A DNA stretch of 64,000 nt from Eledone cirrhosa (Eukaryota), in contig OZ024740.1 of NCBI GenBank assembly GCA_964016885.1, forward strand, positions 133,858,001-133,922,000, in the 5' to 3' direction. The notes beneath the pieces were generated by a model that had not been told where the DNA came from, did no database searches, and was given only the letters and a program-made list of their open reading frames with translations. Shown in pieces: positions 43,641 through 60,480 of the stretch (position 1 is its first letter; every line of letters begins with the position of its first letter). The translations under genes were made by a program, and so were the position numbers.

Positions 43641-45136
43641 GAAGGTAGGATTCAAACTCCACAGTATTAAATTCCGAAACCTTTTAAATGAAGAATGCTT
43701 GTAGGAAGTATATTGAGGAGTTTGCTGCATGCAAAATGAATATTTATGTGGTCACTTTCATGTTTGATGTAGTAAACTAAATTTGAACCCCCAGGATGAC
43801 AGCACTCATTTACTAAATGGTCAGTATCTTCCCCTAACTTTTGAATCAAAAGTTAGGGGGAGAATACACCGTAATTTGTATCGATGGAAATTAATATATA
43901 TCACATGCAATGAGTCTGATCGTTTGTAGTGCTGTGTCCTAATAGCCTCGGATAAAAAATCTCGTGGTATTTACTCTGGTTTTCTGTGCTCTAATTTGAA
44001 ATTTCGCTCAGGCTGGTTTTGCCTTTCAACATTTTCAGAATTGATGACATAACATAACAATGTATGGCGGTGAGCTGGCGAAAATAGGATTGCATATAGA
44101 CGAGAGGCTGACATTCTTTCATCACAATATTTTAGACATCACGTTAGATTTCCCTAATAATAAATAGTACCTTTACCGAAAACCAAATATACTATAAAAT
44201 GCATAAACGAAAATATCTGCCTGCAATCATAAAAACGTTAGTAAGTATGAACAAAAGAACGATATCCGACATTGACATTAAAGAGCGCTAAATCCCATTG
44301 AAATGATGCATGAAGAATTGGTTTCAAGGAAGAAATAGAATATGGGGATCAGGAAGCACGAGACAGTAGAACAAAGTTTAACACATCATATAGTTTTGCA
44401 TGAATGTAGCATATAACATTACTAATAATTTCTTATCATTGATAAAAACAGCCCTCCTCCTTCTACCCATAAATCTCATAATCAAATCAATAAGAATAAT
44501 GGAAATATTAGTTCCATTTGCCTGGGAAACATTGTATCCTAAATATCTCACAACCAATCTCATAGAACTAACAATAATCTAATCCAGCCACCAGAATTTG
44601 ACTTGATGAAAGATGTCTCAGAAATAGCTTTTGAACAGAGCAAAGCTAACACCTCTAGATCGCATTAAAAAGACTTTTATATGTCCTACAATAAACACAT
44701 TCAATACCTGACCTCCAAATCCCCAAATCTCCAAATCTAAATAAGTATGATCTCCTCGTATCATTAAGTCTATAAAATAACGGATAGAAGAATTGACAGT
44801 ATTCCTAAAACACTGGCCATTGTTGATACTGTAACTCTATATTTCAACAAACCAATAGGAGAGCTATGGTCAAGAAATGCAGCACATTGATACAAATCAC
44901 GATTTTGAACAAAAATATATAAATTGTGCCCATGTGCGGAAACAATGAAAAGACCATTTTAAATACAAAACCAGCGCCGACGTTCCCATATAAACCATTC
45001 CTCATGTGTTTCATATAATTGTTTCTAGTTTTGGCACAATGCCAGCAATTCCCCCAGTGTATTGCTGGTGCTTTATTTTATCGACCACGTAAGGATGAAA
45101 GGCAAAGTTAACCTCGGCGAGATTTGAACTAAACCC

Positions 45137-45253
45137 TAAAATACCGTATAAATGTTACACTGAGAAAAATGTCAGCTATAATGGTATCATATGTTTCATA
45201 TAATACCATCATAGCTGACATTTTTCTCAGTGTAGCATTTATACGGTATTTTA
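45137..45253. repeat. Fold-back hairpin (about 55-bp arms) with tail
   Basis: TAAAATACCGTATAAATG...CATTTATACGGTATTTTA. Confidence 0.85.
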
Positions 45254-45516
45254 TATCTGACGCCTCCAACTACCAGTTCCCTCGTCATTGTAACTCACGT
45301 ATCCCATATGGGTAACAGGTCATTGGAAATCTTTTACAGTGGAACAGTTTCCAAGCTACCAACAGCTGTTACGCCCCTTGGTTGGTTCAATGCAAGAAAC
45401 CATACTTCAGATATCATCACCTGATCAAAGCTGATTATTGGAAATGAAATAACATTATATGTTCCGTGTTACTAGCTCCAGAGCCCATTAAATCACATCT
45501 ATTCAGCTCATATTTA

Positions 45517-45593
45517 CAGGGTGTCACAAAATAATGTCTACACACTTTAAACACCATTCTAATAAGAATGTATATACATTTTGGGACACGCTG
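45517..45593. mobile_element. Tiny Tc1/mariner MITE
   Basis: TA-CAGGGTGTCACAAAA...TTTTGGGACACGCTG-TA. Confidence 0.6.
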
Positions 45594-45662
45594 TATATAT
45601 ATATCGTTTCCTTTCGCTATATGTCTCTCCACCACTCCCCTACACACCTTTTGAACTCTCAC

Positions 45663-45693
45663 CTGAAGAAGGGCTTATGCCCGAAACGTCGTC
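45663..45693 (+). ncRNA. Hammerhead core plus stem II (stem I not evident)
   Basis: CUGAAGA-a-GGGC UUAU GCCC-GAAAC guc GUC; a degenerate relative lies at about 46517-46575. Confidence 0.45.
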
Positions 45694-45777
45694 CTCCACC
45701 TACCCCCACTCTCCTGAGCGTGAATTTAATAAACATTTGTCGTACTGCCTCTCTGTTCTGTCCCTGTTCAATTTTTC

Positions 45778-45829
<52 letters not shown>

Positions 45830-47122
45830 GGGGTGCTGATAAATTCCTGGCTTTAGATAAAAGAAAATACAGAAGAAGGTAAAGTATTAAACTTGCCGTT
45901 AACTTTTTCGGTATTTTCATATTACATCCCTTTGTCAGTGAGTGACAGGTATTTTTTCCGTTAGGGAGCTTATTTCTGCTGAAGGTAGCAACGAGATGTA
46001 GAAAATATATGTTGAAATAAGTGTTTGATTTTATGCTTAGATCCTAGTATATGGATTTACTTCTATGTACTGGAATCCTTGGTTAACTGAAAAGTCTTCC
46101 AATAGCTATATTCTTAGCATTTTATTTATTGATATGCGCATAAGACGAATACAACTGTCTTGAATTATTTCTAAATTCTTGGATTTATTGTGGAGATGAT
46201 CTGTTTTCTTACACTTTTACAACATCCTGGATATATTTACAGAAACGATAGATTCATACAACTTGAGTGATTCGGTTCTTTCTATTTACGGATTGAACAA
46301 ACATTAAGCTTGAAAATTCTTGGCAAAACATCACTTTCCAACAAATTACTCTTACATATATATATATATACATTTGTTGTTATATGTGTGTGTATATGGG
46401 GGTATGTGTGTGTGATTGAGTGTGTATGTGTGTGTCTATGTGATTGTGTGAGTATCTGTGACTACATGTGTGCGCGCACCTCTATCTTTTTATTTCTTTT
46501 ATTCTCATTGGTTCTTCTGGTGAAGGACTAACCTCGGAAACGTTAAAGCTTTCTTCCTACTATATCCCGCGTTAAAATAATATATCACATATTAAACAAT
46601 ATATATATATACCTATACCATCGTAAAGGATGACTAACACGGATAAGCGAAATGATAGGATTGTATTTCAAGCATTAACATGTTTCATCGCTTAATATGC
46701 AATTAATTATGTCTTGAAATCGCTTTCGCCAATAGTGGGCTGGTTATTGCGAAATTCGATTTGAAATACACAAAACAATGCAAACACTAGGCGAATTAAT
46801 CAAAATACTGATCATGGAATCACACAACGGTTTTATACCAAATAACATAAACATGAAAATGAAAAATGAAATAAACTGTGAGAAAAGTATATAATTGAGG
46901 GGTAATAAAAGATTGGAATAACACTTGGTGTAAAAAGACAGAAGGCCAAGGAAGCTGAAGAAAATATGTAACAAATAAAAATAAAACATAAAATAATTTT
47001 TTTTTAAATACGGAGCATGTTAGCAGGTTTTATATGGGTGTGGTTAGAGGCGGTCAGCTTCATTTACAGCTGATTGGTTAAGTGTTCTAGTTTATTAAGA
47101 CCAGTCCTTGCATAGTATGATA

Positions 47123-47168
<46 letters not shown>

Positions 47169-47312
47169 GGGTTGACGGACCTAGCATATTTATCAATGCC
47201 AGTACCGGTTGTATCTCAGCGCACTCAATGGGCAATGTAAGATACATTACCAGAGTATACACATAGTTATTTGCCTCAACATAACACACGTAAAACGGGT
47301 GCCTATAAGGTT

Positions 47313-47413
47313 CCCGGACTCGAGGTTCTGTCGCACTAATGCAGCAGTAAGGTGCACTGTCTGCATATATTATGCAACAATGCACAATCGGCTTATGCAG
47401 CTTCATCAGCGGG
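47313..47413 (-). ncRNA. Degenerate hammerhead with long stem II
   Basis: cccg-CUGAUGA-(about 75 nt containing a hairpin)-GAAc-C UCGA G-UC/cggg; A15.1 changed to C. Confidence 0.5.
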
Positions 47414-48445
47414 TATCGCCTAATCAATAACCAATCGATCGACAGAATCTAAACACCGGCCCATGCCAGTCATTACTGTTTGTGACAACCGACACGGTAA
47501 AGCGATTAGCAACTGGCAACCGATAGGACTCTATCTCTCAACTAGCCACTGATTTACAAATTTTACGTCGGGGCGGGAAGCTAAGAAGAATCATTCTTTA
47601 GTTCCTGTCAGAAGCCCTCAGCCAACGTGTCTCACACACAAATTATCAAGGGGTGAAAAGATGGCTATTAGAAATAGCAGTTCACATTGATATAAAATAG
47701 AATGGTAGCATTCGGTTCATGTCTCCAAGCCTCATGGCTAGAGGAAAGCGATGGTAACAATGGTAGTGCCAAGAACCTTTAACGGACTTTAAATGCGATC
47801 ATCCATTATATACCAATATAGTAGCGAGCTGAAATGTATTAGCCACGTGCGTAGATAACCAGTCTAATTCACAACTTAAAAAAGTGAGAGACAGAATTGG
47901 TAGCAGGAAAAGACTTCATGAAATATCTCCCATATGCTCAGCAACATTATATAAAAAGCTATTTCATATTGATTCTGTACTGTCTTACACCTTTCAACTT
48001 AAAAAGAGATGCACCTATATAAGACATGTCCGCGGTTTAGCTGCTGGCCTCTCTATTTTCTATTATTGCTCAATGATATTAAAAATGTAAAAAAAAACTG
48101 TAACGATTTTTTGAATTATTTGTAAACAATTTTCTGAATCAAAGTTCCCAATATAGGTTGATAAATAATTAAATTCAATAAAAAATCTAAATGTACATCA
48201 TTTATTTTCTATACTCACATAATCTCACTCACATTGTCTTTTTGTCTCATATATTATTCTCCTTCTCCAATATTCATTATATATCTTTCTGATCATGCAT
48301 ATTCATTCATACACCTAACTGTAATCTACTTAATAAATCATATATATTTTCAAGCAAACACCGCCACAGCATGTACGTACAGTCTGTGGATAGACAACAC
48401 CAATGGTAATGTGAGATATTGTATGCGTCAGCTACACCTCACTAC

Positions 48446-48537
<92 letters not shown>

Positions 48538-48650
48538 TGAAACAAAATGAAAACGAAATTTCATTTCTCACTCTTAGTATGGCACTTACTTAAATGTAAG
48601 TATGCATGTATACGTACATACATATATGTATACAGACGTACAGTAGCATG

Positions 48651-48688
<38 letters not shown>

Positions 48689-48852
48689 TATATACATATG
48701 CATACAGGTACACATACATATATGCACGTATCAGTTTAGCGGCGCTTATTATAACGTCGCTTTGTTCGTTTGTAAACAAACTGAACAGCCTGAATTTATG
48801 CCATACGGTGTTAAGGCAACCACGTCACCTTTTTGTTCAACACTGACACAGG

Positions 48853-48897
48853 AACGATGTACTAGTTTCAAGCTTGTTAGTTATCATCAGCACCGTT
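48853..48897 (-). ncRNA. Minimal type I hammerhead (unit 1)
   Basis: aacggtg-CUGAUGA-taactaacaagctt-GAAA-CUAG-UA/catcgtt. Confidence 0.8.
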
Positions 48898-49134
48898 TAC
48901 CCATCTGCCAGATAGTTGAACGTTCGAAAGTATATACTTTCCTTATGAAAATTAACGGCTGAGCAGCCTAATTTGCATATTGAGTGAGTTAAATCGGTCA
49001 GGCATACCGAAAACGATAAATTGAAACAAAATGAAAACGAAATTTCATTTCTCACTCTTAGTATGGCACTTACTTAAATGTAAGTATGCATGTATACGTA
49101 CATACATATATGTATACAGACGTACAGTAGCATG

Positions 49135-49172
<38 letters not shown>

Positions 49173-49336
49173 TATATACATATGCATACAGGTACACATA
49201 CATATATGCACGTATCAGTTTAGCGGCGCTTATTATAACGTCGCTTTGTTCGTTTGTAAACAAACTGAACAGCCTGAATTTATGCCATACGGTGTTAAGG
49301 CAACCACGTCACCTTTTTGTTCAACACTGACACAGG

Positions 49337-49381
49337 AACAATGTACTAGTTTCAAGTTTGTTAGCTATCATCAGCACCGTT
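49337..49381 (-). ncRNA. Minimal type I hammerhead (unit 2)
   Basis: aacggtg-CUGAUGA-tagctaacaaactt-GAAA-CUAG-UA/cattgtt. Confidence 0.8.
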
Positions 49382-49621
49382 TACCCATCTGCCAGATAGT
49401 TGAACGTTCGAAAGTATATACTTTCCTTATGAAAATTAACGGCTGAGCAGCCTAATTTGCATATTGAGTGAGTTAAATCGGTCAGGCATACCGAAAACGA
49501 TAAATTGAAACAAAATGAAAAAGAAATTTCATTTCTCACTCTTAGTATGGCACTTACTTAAATGTAAGTATGCATGTATACGTACATACATATATGTATA
49601 CAGACGTACAGTAGCACGCAC

Positions 49622-49655
<34 letters not shown>

Positions 49656-49840
49656 GCATACAGGTACACATACATATATGCACGTATCAGTTTAGCGGCG
49701 CTAAATGTAAGTATGCATGTATACGTACATACATATATGTATGATTTAACTCACTCAATATGCAAATTAGGCTGCTCAGCCGTTAATTTTCATAAGGAAA
49801 GTATATACTTTCGAACGTTCAACTATCTGGCAGATGGGTA

Positions 49841-49885
49841 AACGGTGCTGATGATAGCTAACAAGCTTGAAACTAGTACATCGTT
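49841..49885 (+). ncRNA. Minimal type I hammerhead (inverted unit, best preserved)
   Basis: aacggtg-CUGAUGA-t agct aaca agct t-GAAA-CUAG-UA/catcgtt. Confidence 0.85.
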
Positions 49886-50127
49886 CCTGTGTCAGTGTTG
49901 AACAAAAAGGTGACGTGGTTGCCTTAACACCGTATGGCATAAATTCAGGCTGTTCAGTTTGTTTACAAACGAACAAAGCGACGTTATAATAAGCGCCGCT
50001 AAACTGATACGTGCATATATGTATGTGTACCTGTATGCATATGTATATATATATGTATATATATATATATATGTGCATGCTACTGTACGTCTGTATACAT
50101 ATATGTATGTACGTATACATGCATACT

Positions 50128-50177
<50 letters not shown>

Positions 50178-50261
50178 CTTATATTTAAGTAACAGCCGTA
50201 CTAAGAGTGGGAAATGAAATTTCGTTTCATTTTTTCCGTTTATATACATAAATATATATAT

Positions 50262-50418
50262 ATATTCATTAGTTAAGAAAAACAAGACCACAAACTTCAC
50301 AAGGAAGACATTATTAAAAGATTGTCAACATATTTTACATCAAACTAAAATATGTTGACAATCTTTTAATGTCTTCCTTGTGAAGTTTGTGGTCTTGTTT
50401 TGCTTAACTAATGAATAT
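50262..50418. repeat. Fold-back hairpin (about 72-bp arms) with tail, between (TA)n
   Basis: ATATTCATTAGTTAAG...CTTAACTAATGAATAT. Confidence 0.85.
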
Positions 50419-50593
50419 TTCCAGCTCTGCGCACCTAACCTCTGCATGAACCCAGCCACCTAGTTGCTTTCTATTGCATATTGCACATTGAGCATATGCC
50501 TTTACGCTTCGGCTTCTAACTAACTCACCAATCTCTCCTCTCATATCTCCTCTACTATCTCCATCTCTCTCTTTAAGATTGGTTACTCTTGAA

Positions 50594-50671
<78 letters not shown>

Positions 50672-52924
50672 GGAGTACTTACATTTTAGTGGTAGTAACA
50701 TGGTCAGCCACAACCGAAATGAACTTTATGTGTGTGTGTGGGTGTGTGTGGGTGTGTGCGTGTGTGCGTGTGTGGGGGGGGGGGCGTATACGTGTTATGT
50801 GCGTGTGTATACGCGTTATGTGCATGCATCTGTGTTTATGTTTACACTGATCTAAAACCCATTGGAGATGCAGTTTTCCTTTGTTTCTCTTCATTGGACT
50901 AATAGAAATCGATAAAGTACAAGTCTTAAATTAGTATTTCAGTCAATATGATTAACTAAACACTTGAATAAATTGGTATTGGCCACAGTCCAGTGACTGA
51001 AACAAGTAAAACAGTAGGAAGGAATACACATACACTTTACTTTATACATGTATGCGACTGTTTATTGCTTTATTCTGTGTGTATTTATAACTTCTAATTC
51101 TCTATTTATACAGGATGGGATATAAGTTGCGCACCAATGCATAGAAAAGAATTTAGTAAACATCTATATTATATTGTATTAATAACAAATGTTCTATTGA
51201 AATGAAAAGAAAAAAGTATCATTTTCTTCATCCTATCATCTGCGATTTTGAGTCCAATGGTTGACATTTTACACGACAGCTCACGCTCATTTCTCTACCT
51301 CCGTTTAATCTAGGAAGATAGAGGCCATCCAAAACACACAAGGACGATTATAATTAAATCAAATGTAAGGACGATTATCATTACATCAAATGTAAGCGAT
51401 AATTCAGGTATTTGTCAATACAGTTAATACATTTAATGCTTTGGAGCGCCACTTAAGGCCCACCCTGTATGTATGCATTTGTGTGCATATGGATGTATCT
51501 ATGAGTGAGCTTCTGTTTGTTTTTTTTTGTGTGTATGTCTGCGTATTTGTGTGCTTGTGTCTATGTGTGTGCGTATCAGGTGTGCCTTTCTTTGAACTAT
51601 CAACTCTTTATCGAATCCTATGAGTTTTATCATATCGTATAGCGTATTTAGTGTATTATCTATCATGTCTGACAATGAATGATTTCCAAAAGAAAGAAGA
51701 AGAAAAGTGGTTCTTTACTTATCAATACCGGAAAGATAAAATGTAAAGTTCACCACTCGGTACTTTGAAAAGTTGTTTCTACCACAAGAGATTCCAAACG
51801 GCACCCCAACATTTCTAGCCCATTCAACGCTATATGTATGTATGTATGTATGTATGTTATCTCTTTCTCTTAATTTTGAGTATATTTTATGACCGGCCAC
51901 CTTCCTGGTGGCAAGGTTGTAAAAGAAAAGAAATTGTCATCCCTTGTATGTATGTATGTATTTATGTATGTATGTATGTATGTTCTTCTCGTTTTATAAT
52001 TTCTCAATTTTTTACCATTAGAGAGAGAGCCGATTTCTATCATAGCTACAAGACTCTCTCATTGGAATTTACACAACATCAAATAGGTAGATATGCATGC
52101 ATGTCTGCATGCATGCATATACATGCAGATATGAATGTTATGTTATTATATGTGTGGATGAGTATGTTTTGAGTTGTATTGGTGCATGTGCATATGCTTT
52201 GTATCCGTACAAGCGTATATGCAGTTATGTATGTATGTATGTAAGGGCGGAGGAACTCAGCCATCCAAATAGTACTTTGGGGGGGGGCTTCTACATGGGA
52301 GGAGGGGGCTTCTAGGAGAGGGCAACTCTGAAAAACAAAAACATGCAACTTCGGAAGCATCCGATGATCTTGACAAATTCTCCTTTTTGGGTAGTGTTTT
52401 CGATGCTCAGAGAGTGGGATTGGTCGAGTGCAAGTGCTTTCTCCTCTTAAAAAGCCTTCAAAGCACAAAGCATTGCTTGTTTAGTATCTGTTACAAGCGA
52501 TTGCAGTACTCTTAGCAGAGTGTGCAGTCATCATGTGTGTATGTGTGTATGTGTGTATGTAGGTATGTATTTATGTATGCCTATAATAATATTTATTATA
52601 ACTAAGTGTTAGGTCGTGTTACTCTGACAGTTCGTTTGTCTATTCATGAGATCACCAGATATGTGTGACTCCCTTATGATCATGTGATTACACAAGATTC
52701 ATCCCTTAGCCATGGTAAAGAATATTATTAGATTTTATTTCGACATTGGCTACTCATTCTCCCTTCCTTCAACATCACATGGATATATATCTAAAAATAG
52801 TTATTTCAAACAAACCCTCTTCCTTAAAATCTCTTGCCAATGACCTCCACCCATCCCCCAAATCACCATCTACCCCAACCAGCAGAAAAAATATAAATAC
52901 TACAGTTTTACAAGGACAGTCGAA

Positions 52925-53089
52925 TTTCCTTTATGATTCCTCCTGACTGAAACAATTCTAGTCCTCTAGAACCCATTTATATATAAAATTTGACGTTTAC
53001 AATCTACTAATGTATTGAGTATCTTACTAACTTTGGTTATCCCCGATTGAACCTATATACATACATGTATATCTATGTGTGTGTGTGCT

Positions 53090-53140
<51 letters not shown>

Positions 53141-53213
53141 GCACACACACACATACATATACATGTATGTATATGGGTTCAATCGGGGATAACCAAAGTT
53201 AGTAAGATACTCA

Positions 53214-53216
<3 letters not shown>
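52925..53216. mobile_element. Degenerate pLTR tail of the 13416/61397 family with a short inverted copy
   Basis: GAAACAATTCTAGTCCTCTAGAA, then TATTGAGTATCTTACTAACTTTGGTTATCCCCGATTGAACC and its reverse complement at about 53175-53216. Confidence 0.6.
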
Positions 53217-53257
<41 letters not shown>

Positions 53258-53363
53258 ATTATTTTACATTACTCCGGAGTAAACAAACAAACCTGCGTAC
53301 TTCGTCGATTGCTCCAATCTGCATACTGAGGTGGCGGTAAACAACCAACACATATACTCAGAA

Positions 53364-53403
<40 letters not shown>

Positions 53404-53408
<5 letters not shown>

Positions 53409-53597
53409 AACGAGTAGGACCCCGACGGCTGAGCTCAAGCCGTCTCGACTGCTAATTCAGTCCAGAATTAGCCGTCGAAACGGCTTGAGCTCAGCCGTCG
53501 GGATCCTACTCGTTCCTATTACCCACTCTACTACCCTAAGTATTGAGTACTTTGGTGCGTTATGGTCCACCTGGTTCCTTAGCACATTTCCTCCGTT
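53404..53597 (+). mobile_element. Fold-back fragment of the U3-A8 HHR family plus tail
   Basis: Hairpin 53404-53519 turning in stem II; GAAA-cggc ttgagctca gccg-UC/ggg; tail matches 29520-29598. Confidence 0.75.
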
Positions 53598-53824
53598 ATA
53601 TATATATATATATATATATAGTATTAAGGATACTATTTATGGTTATGTATATACTAAAACTTTTTATAGTTATATATATTTTAAACCCTAAACAGTGAAA
53701 GACAGTAATTTATTACTACCTTATTACCAGTAAGATGAAAAGCTCAATGTAATAACATCAGTTGTTCTACAGAGCAGTTATATAGAATTCACATGAATCA
53801 AAATTCTGTTCAAACCCTTTATTA

Positions 53825-53868
53825 GCTTATAATTATTTCATCCAAACCGAGGTTGGAGTCTTCGGAGC
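53825..53868 (-). ncRNA. Hammerhead motif, CCGAAGA core
   Basis: gct-CCGAAGA-ctccaacctcggtttggat-GAAA-UAAUUA-UA/agc. Confidence 0.6.
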
Positions 53869-54250
53869 AATTTTTCAATGTTTGTTTACATACATGACCT
53901 CCTTTCCAACACAAGAGACATACAGATACATATGTATATATCGATGCACAGTGGGGTGACATCCATTATATTATTTTTGCATGGCAATTTAAATTCAAAA
54001 ATTAAAATCATATTAAAACAGAATCAAAGCAAAATTAAAATTAAAATACAACATCGGCAGTATGTATTTGTATTTTAATTTTAATTTTGCATTGATTCTG
54101 TTTTAATATGATTTTAATTTTTGAATTTAAATTGCCATGCATAAATAATATAATGGATGTCACCCCACTGTGCATCAATATATACATATGTATCTGTATG
54201 TCTCTTGTGTTGAAAAGGAGGTCATGTATGTAAACAAACATTGAAAAATT

Positions 54251-54295
54251 GCTCCGAAGACATCAAACCTCGGTTTGGATGAAACAATTGTAAGC
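54251..54295 (+). ncRNA. Hammerhead motif, CCGAAGA core
   Basis: gct-CCGAAGA-catcaaacctcggtttggat-GAAA-CAAUUG-UA/agc, followed by AATAAA. Confidence 0.65.
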
Positions 54296-54567
54296 TAATA
54301 AATGGTTTGAACAGAACTTTGATTCATGTGAATTCTATATATATATATATATATTAGAAAGTGAGGTTTTTTTACAAAATGAAAAATAACCGAGGTGTCC
54401 TACACGAGAGAAAGTATAAGGAAAAAAGATGAAATCGAAAATGCAACTGGAGACTTATTTTTAAAAATATATATATATTTATTTGGTTCCTTTACCGGTT
54501 TCTCAGTTCTTCAAAAGTAGAGTTGAGATGGAGGGTCTGTGGTTTTTCTCACATATATATATATATA

Positions 54568-54895
54568 ATTGTTTCTACTTTATGCACAATGCCAGAAATT
54601 GCCCAGTGTATTACTGGTACTGTATTTTATCGACCCCGTAAGGATGGAAGGCAAAGTTAACCTCGGCGGGATTGGAACTCAGAATGGCAAGGGCCGTAAC
54701 TCTATGCGTCAAAGCATGGCGTCCGACCCTCTACCGATACTGCCAATTCACCGCCAATTCACAGCTGAGTAAACTGGAGCAATGTGAAATAAAGTGTCTT
54801 GCTCAAGGAAACAACACATCATCCGGTCTGAGAATTGAACTCACAACCTTCCGATTGCAAGCCCAATGCTCTAACCACTAAGCCATGTGCCTCCA
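54568..54895 (-). mobile_element. Two adjacent SINEs
   Basis: Bodies shared with the SINEs at 1-306 and about 1560; box-A-like GCACATGGCTTAGTGGTTAGAGC on the minus strand. Confidence 0.7.
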
Positions 54896-55389
54896 CATAT
54901 ATATATATAATACTATATTATATTGCATTGTATTGTTTATTTGTGTTCATACACAGAACAAAATAGCTACCTAAGATTTCAAAGCCCAATATTGACCATA
55001 TCTCATAATTCTAACAAAACACACACTCGAAACATCAATAATCATGATACCAACAAGCCGATCTATGATCTTTTGAGAAAACTAAAATATAGGTTCTTTT
55101 GTTGACTGTACTCTTTTTTTTTTTTTTTTCGTCTTGGAGTGTTAACAATTTTTGGTGGCGTCAATGTTGGTTTCGTGTCTGCAATTACTGTTTAAATTCT
55201 TTGACCCCTTCAATTGCAAAGAAAGTGATCGCCACGCATACACGCACATACACATACACATACACATACACCCTAATACATCAAGATGATAACTATTTTC
55301 CATTTCCCCATGACAATTCTTCAATTCACCCTAATTCCTTATACACCACTCAATACCACAGTTTTTTCAAACCATCCCCACATGAATAA

Positions 55390-55592
55390 TGGTTTCTGAT
55401 TCAGGCACAAGGCCAGCAATTTGAAGGGGAGGGGAAAGTCGATTAAATCTACCCCAGTGTGTACTTTATTTTATCGACCCCATAAGGGTGAAAGGCAAAG
55501 TTAACCTCGGCAGGTTTTGAACTCAGGTCGTAAAGGAGCATTACGCTATGCATGTAGTCCGACGTTCCAATGACACAGCTAATCCACCGCCC
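55390..55592 (-). mobile_element. SINE
   Basis: TTTATCGACCCCATAAGGGTGAAAGGCAAAGTTAACCTCGGC body. Confidence 0.7.
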
Positions 55593-56491
55593 ACATCCCC
55601 ACATAAATAATGAAACATACAGGCACATACACCCGCGCACGCGCAATGTCACAGACACAACCACACCCGGAAAATATATATAAAATATATTTTAAAAATA
55701 TAATCAATTTATTGTAAATCTTTTCTTTAACAACCTAAAATGAACCTTTACCCTGATATGGACAGCTGATACTCTTATATGGACAACTTATATACAGACA
55801 CGTCAATCACCCAAGCCGCACCCATGATGAGATAGCAAATACACTGCAAAACTCTTTGTCAACATTCTGGATTTAGCTGTCGAAGCGGCAACAGCTCAAC
55901 CGTCGGACCTCGATTTTTTTTATAATAATCATCCTCTCCTATCTCAAGTATTGAGTACCTCGTTAAATAATGGTCTGATTAGTTTAATACTGGTTTCATC
56001 GTGATATATGTGTATATATATTTATATATATATATATATACACACGCACACACGCACACACTCATATATATATGTGTGTGTGTGTGTGTGCGTATATATG
56101 CGTGCGTGTATATATGTGTGTCGCTGTATATCTTTTATGTAATGTATTTATACGCCTGTTTTTTTATCTCTAGCCTTTACTCGTATTATGTATTCTATAT
56201 AAACCCATACACTATTTCTATTAACCATCTTTTACTACTTATATTTCACATACTATTTAGTATTTAGTCTTTTCTTTTTTATAAAAAATAGCTTTTCCTG
56301 ATATCAGTTCAGTTTAGACGATATGCAAATGTTGATTTGTGTTAATTCATGCGTATCTGAGGCTGGACGTGCGTGCCTATTTTTTTAGAAATTGTTTCAC
56401 AAATAATCTAAGCGGGTGCACCAATCAGAATCAAATTTACATCTGGCAAGGTACTAACTTTATCCAATATACATATGTGTATATGTATATG

Positions 56492-56542
<51 letters not shown>

Positions 56543-56822
56543 TGTGTGTGGTGTGAATGGCTTTGTGTTCATTTGTGTGTATTCCTATACATGTAGAGTG
56601 GAATGCATTAATGTTTCTCATATATGTGTGCAAATATTCATATATACATACATGTGAGAATGGAATCATTCAGTGCCTCGCACATATTTTTTTATCTTCT
56701 TCATACACAGTATGAGGAAAAAAAATAGGAACGTTGCCTCGCTAACCTTTGTCTGTGTCTCAGTAATATGCTGTGAGTATATACCAGTGCTCTTACACAT
56801 ACAGACATAATTGCGTTGCGAC

Positions 56823-60480
<3,658 letters not shown>

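Larger units (their letters stand above)
48534..50235. mobile_element. Retrozyme-like array: 484-bp unit x about 2.4 in tandem plus an inverted copy
   Basis: Units start at 48534, 49018 and 49502; inverted copy at about 49745-50235; HHR in each complete unit; flanked by (TA)n. Confidence 0.85.
53620..54340. mobile_element. Palindromic PLE-derived module (arms about 53780-54048 / 54070-54340) plus tail; same family as about 12740-13300
   Basis: About 270-bp IR with an HHR in each arm; tail is the reverse complement of about 13180-13300. Confidence 0.8.

Noticed and set aside
44140-44975. Possible L1/Tx1-like C-terminal remnant (CPMCG motif)
   Set aside because: Only one motif in heavily decayed sequence
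48547-50176. Repeated 99-aa and 118-aa ORFs in the 484-bp units
   Set aside because: They run through internal microsatellites and recur only because the unit is duplicated
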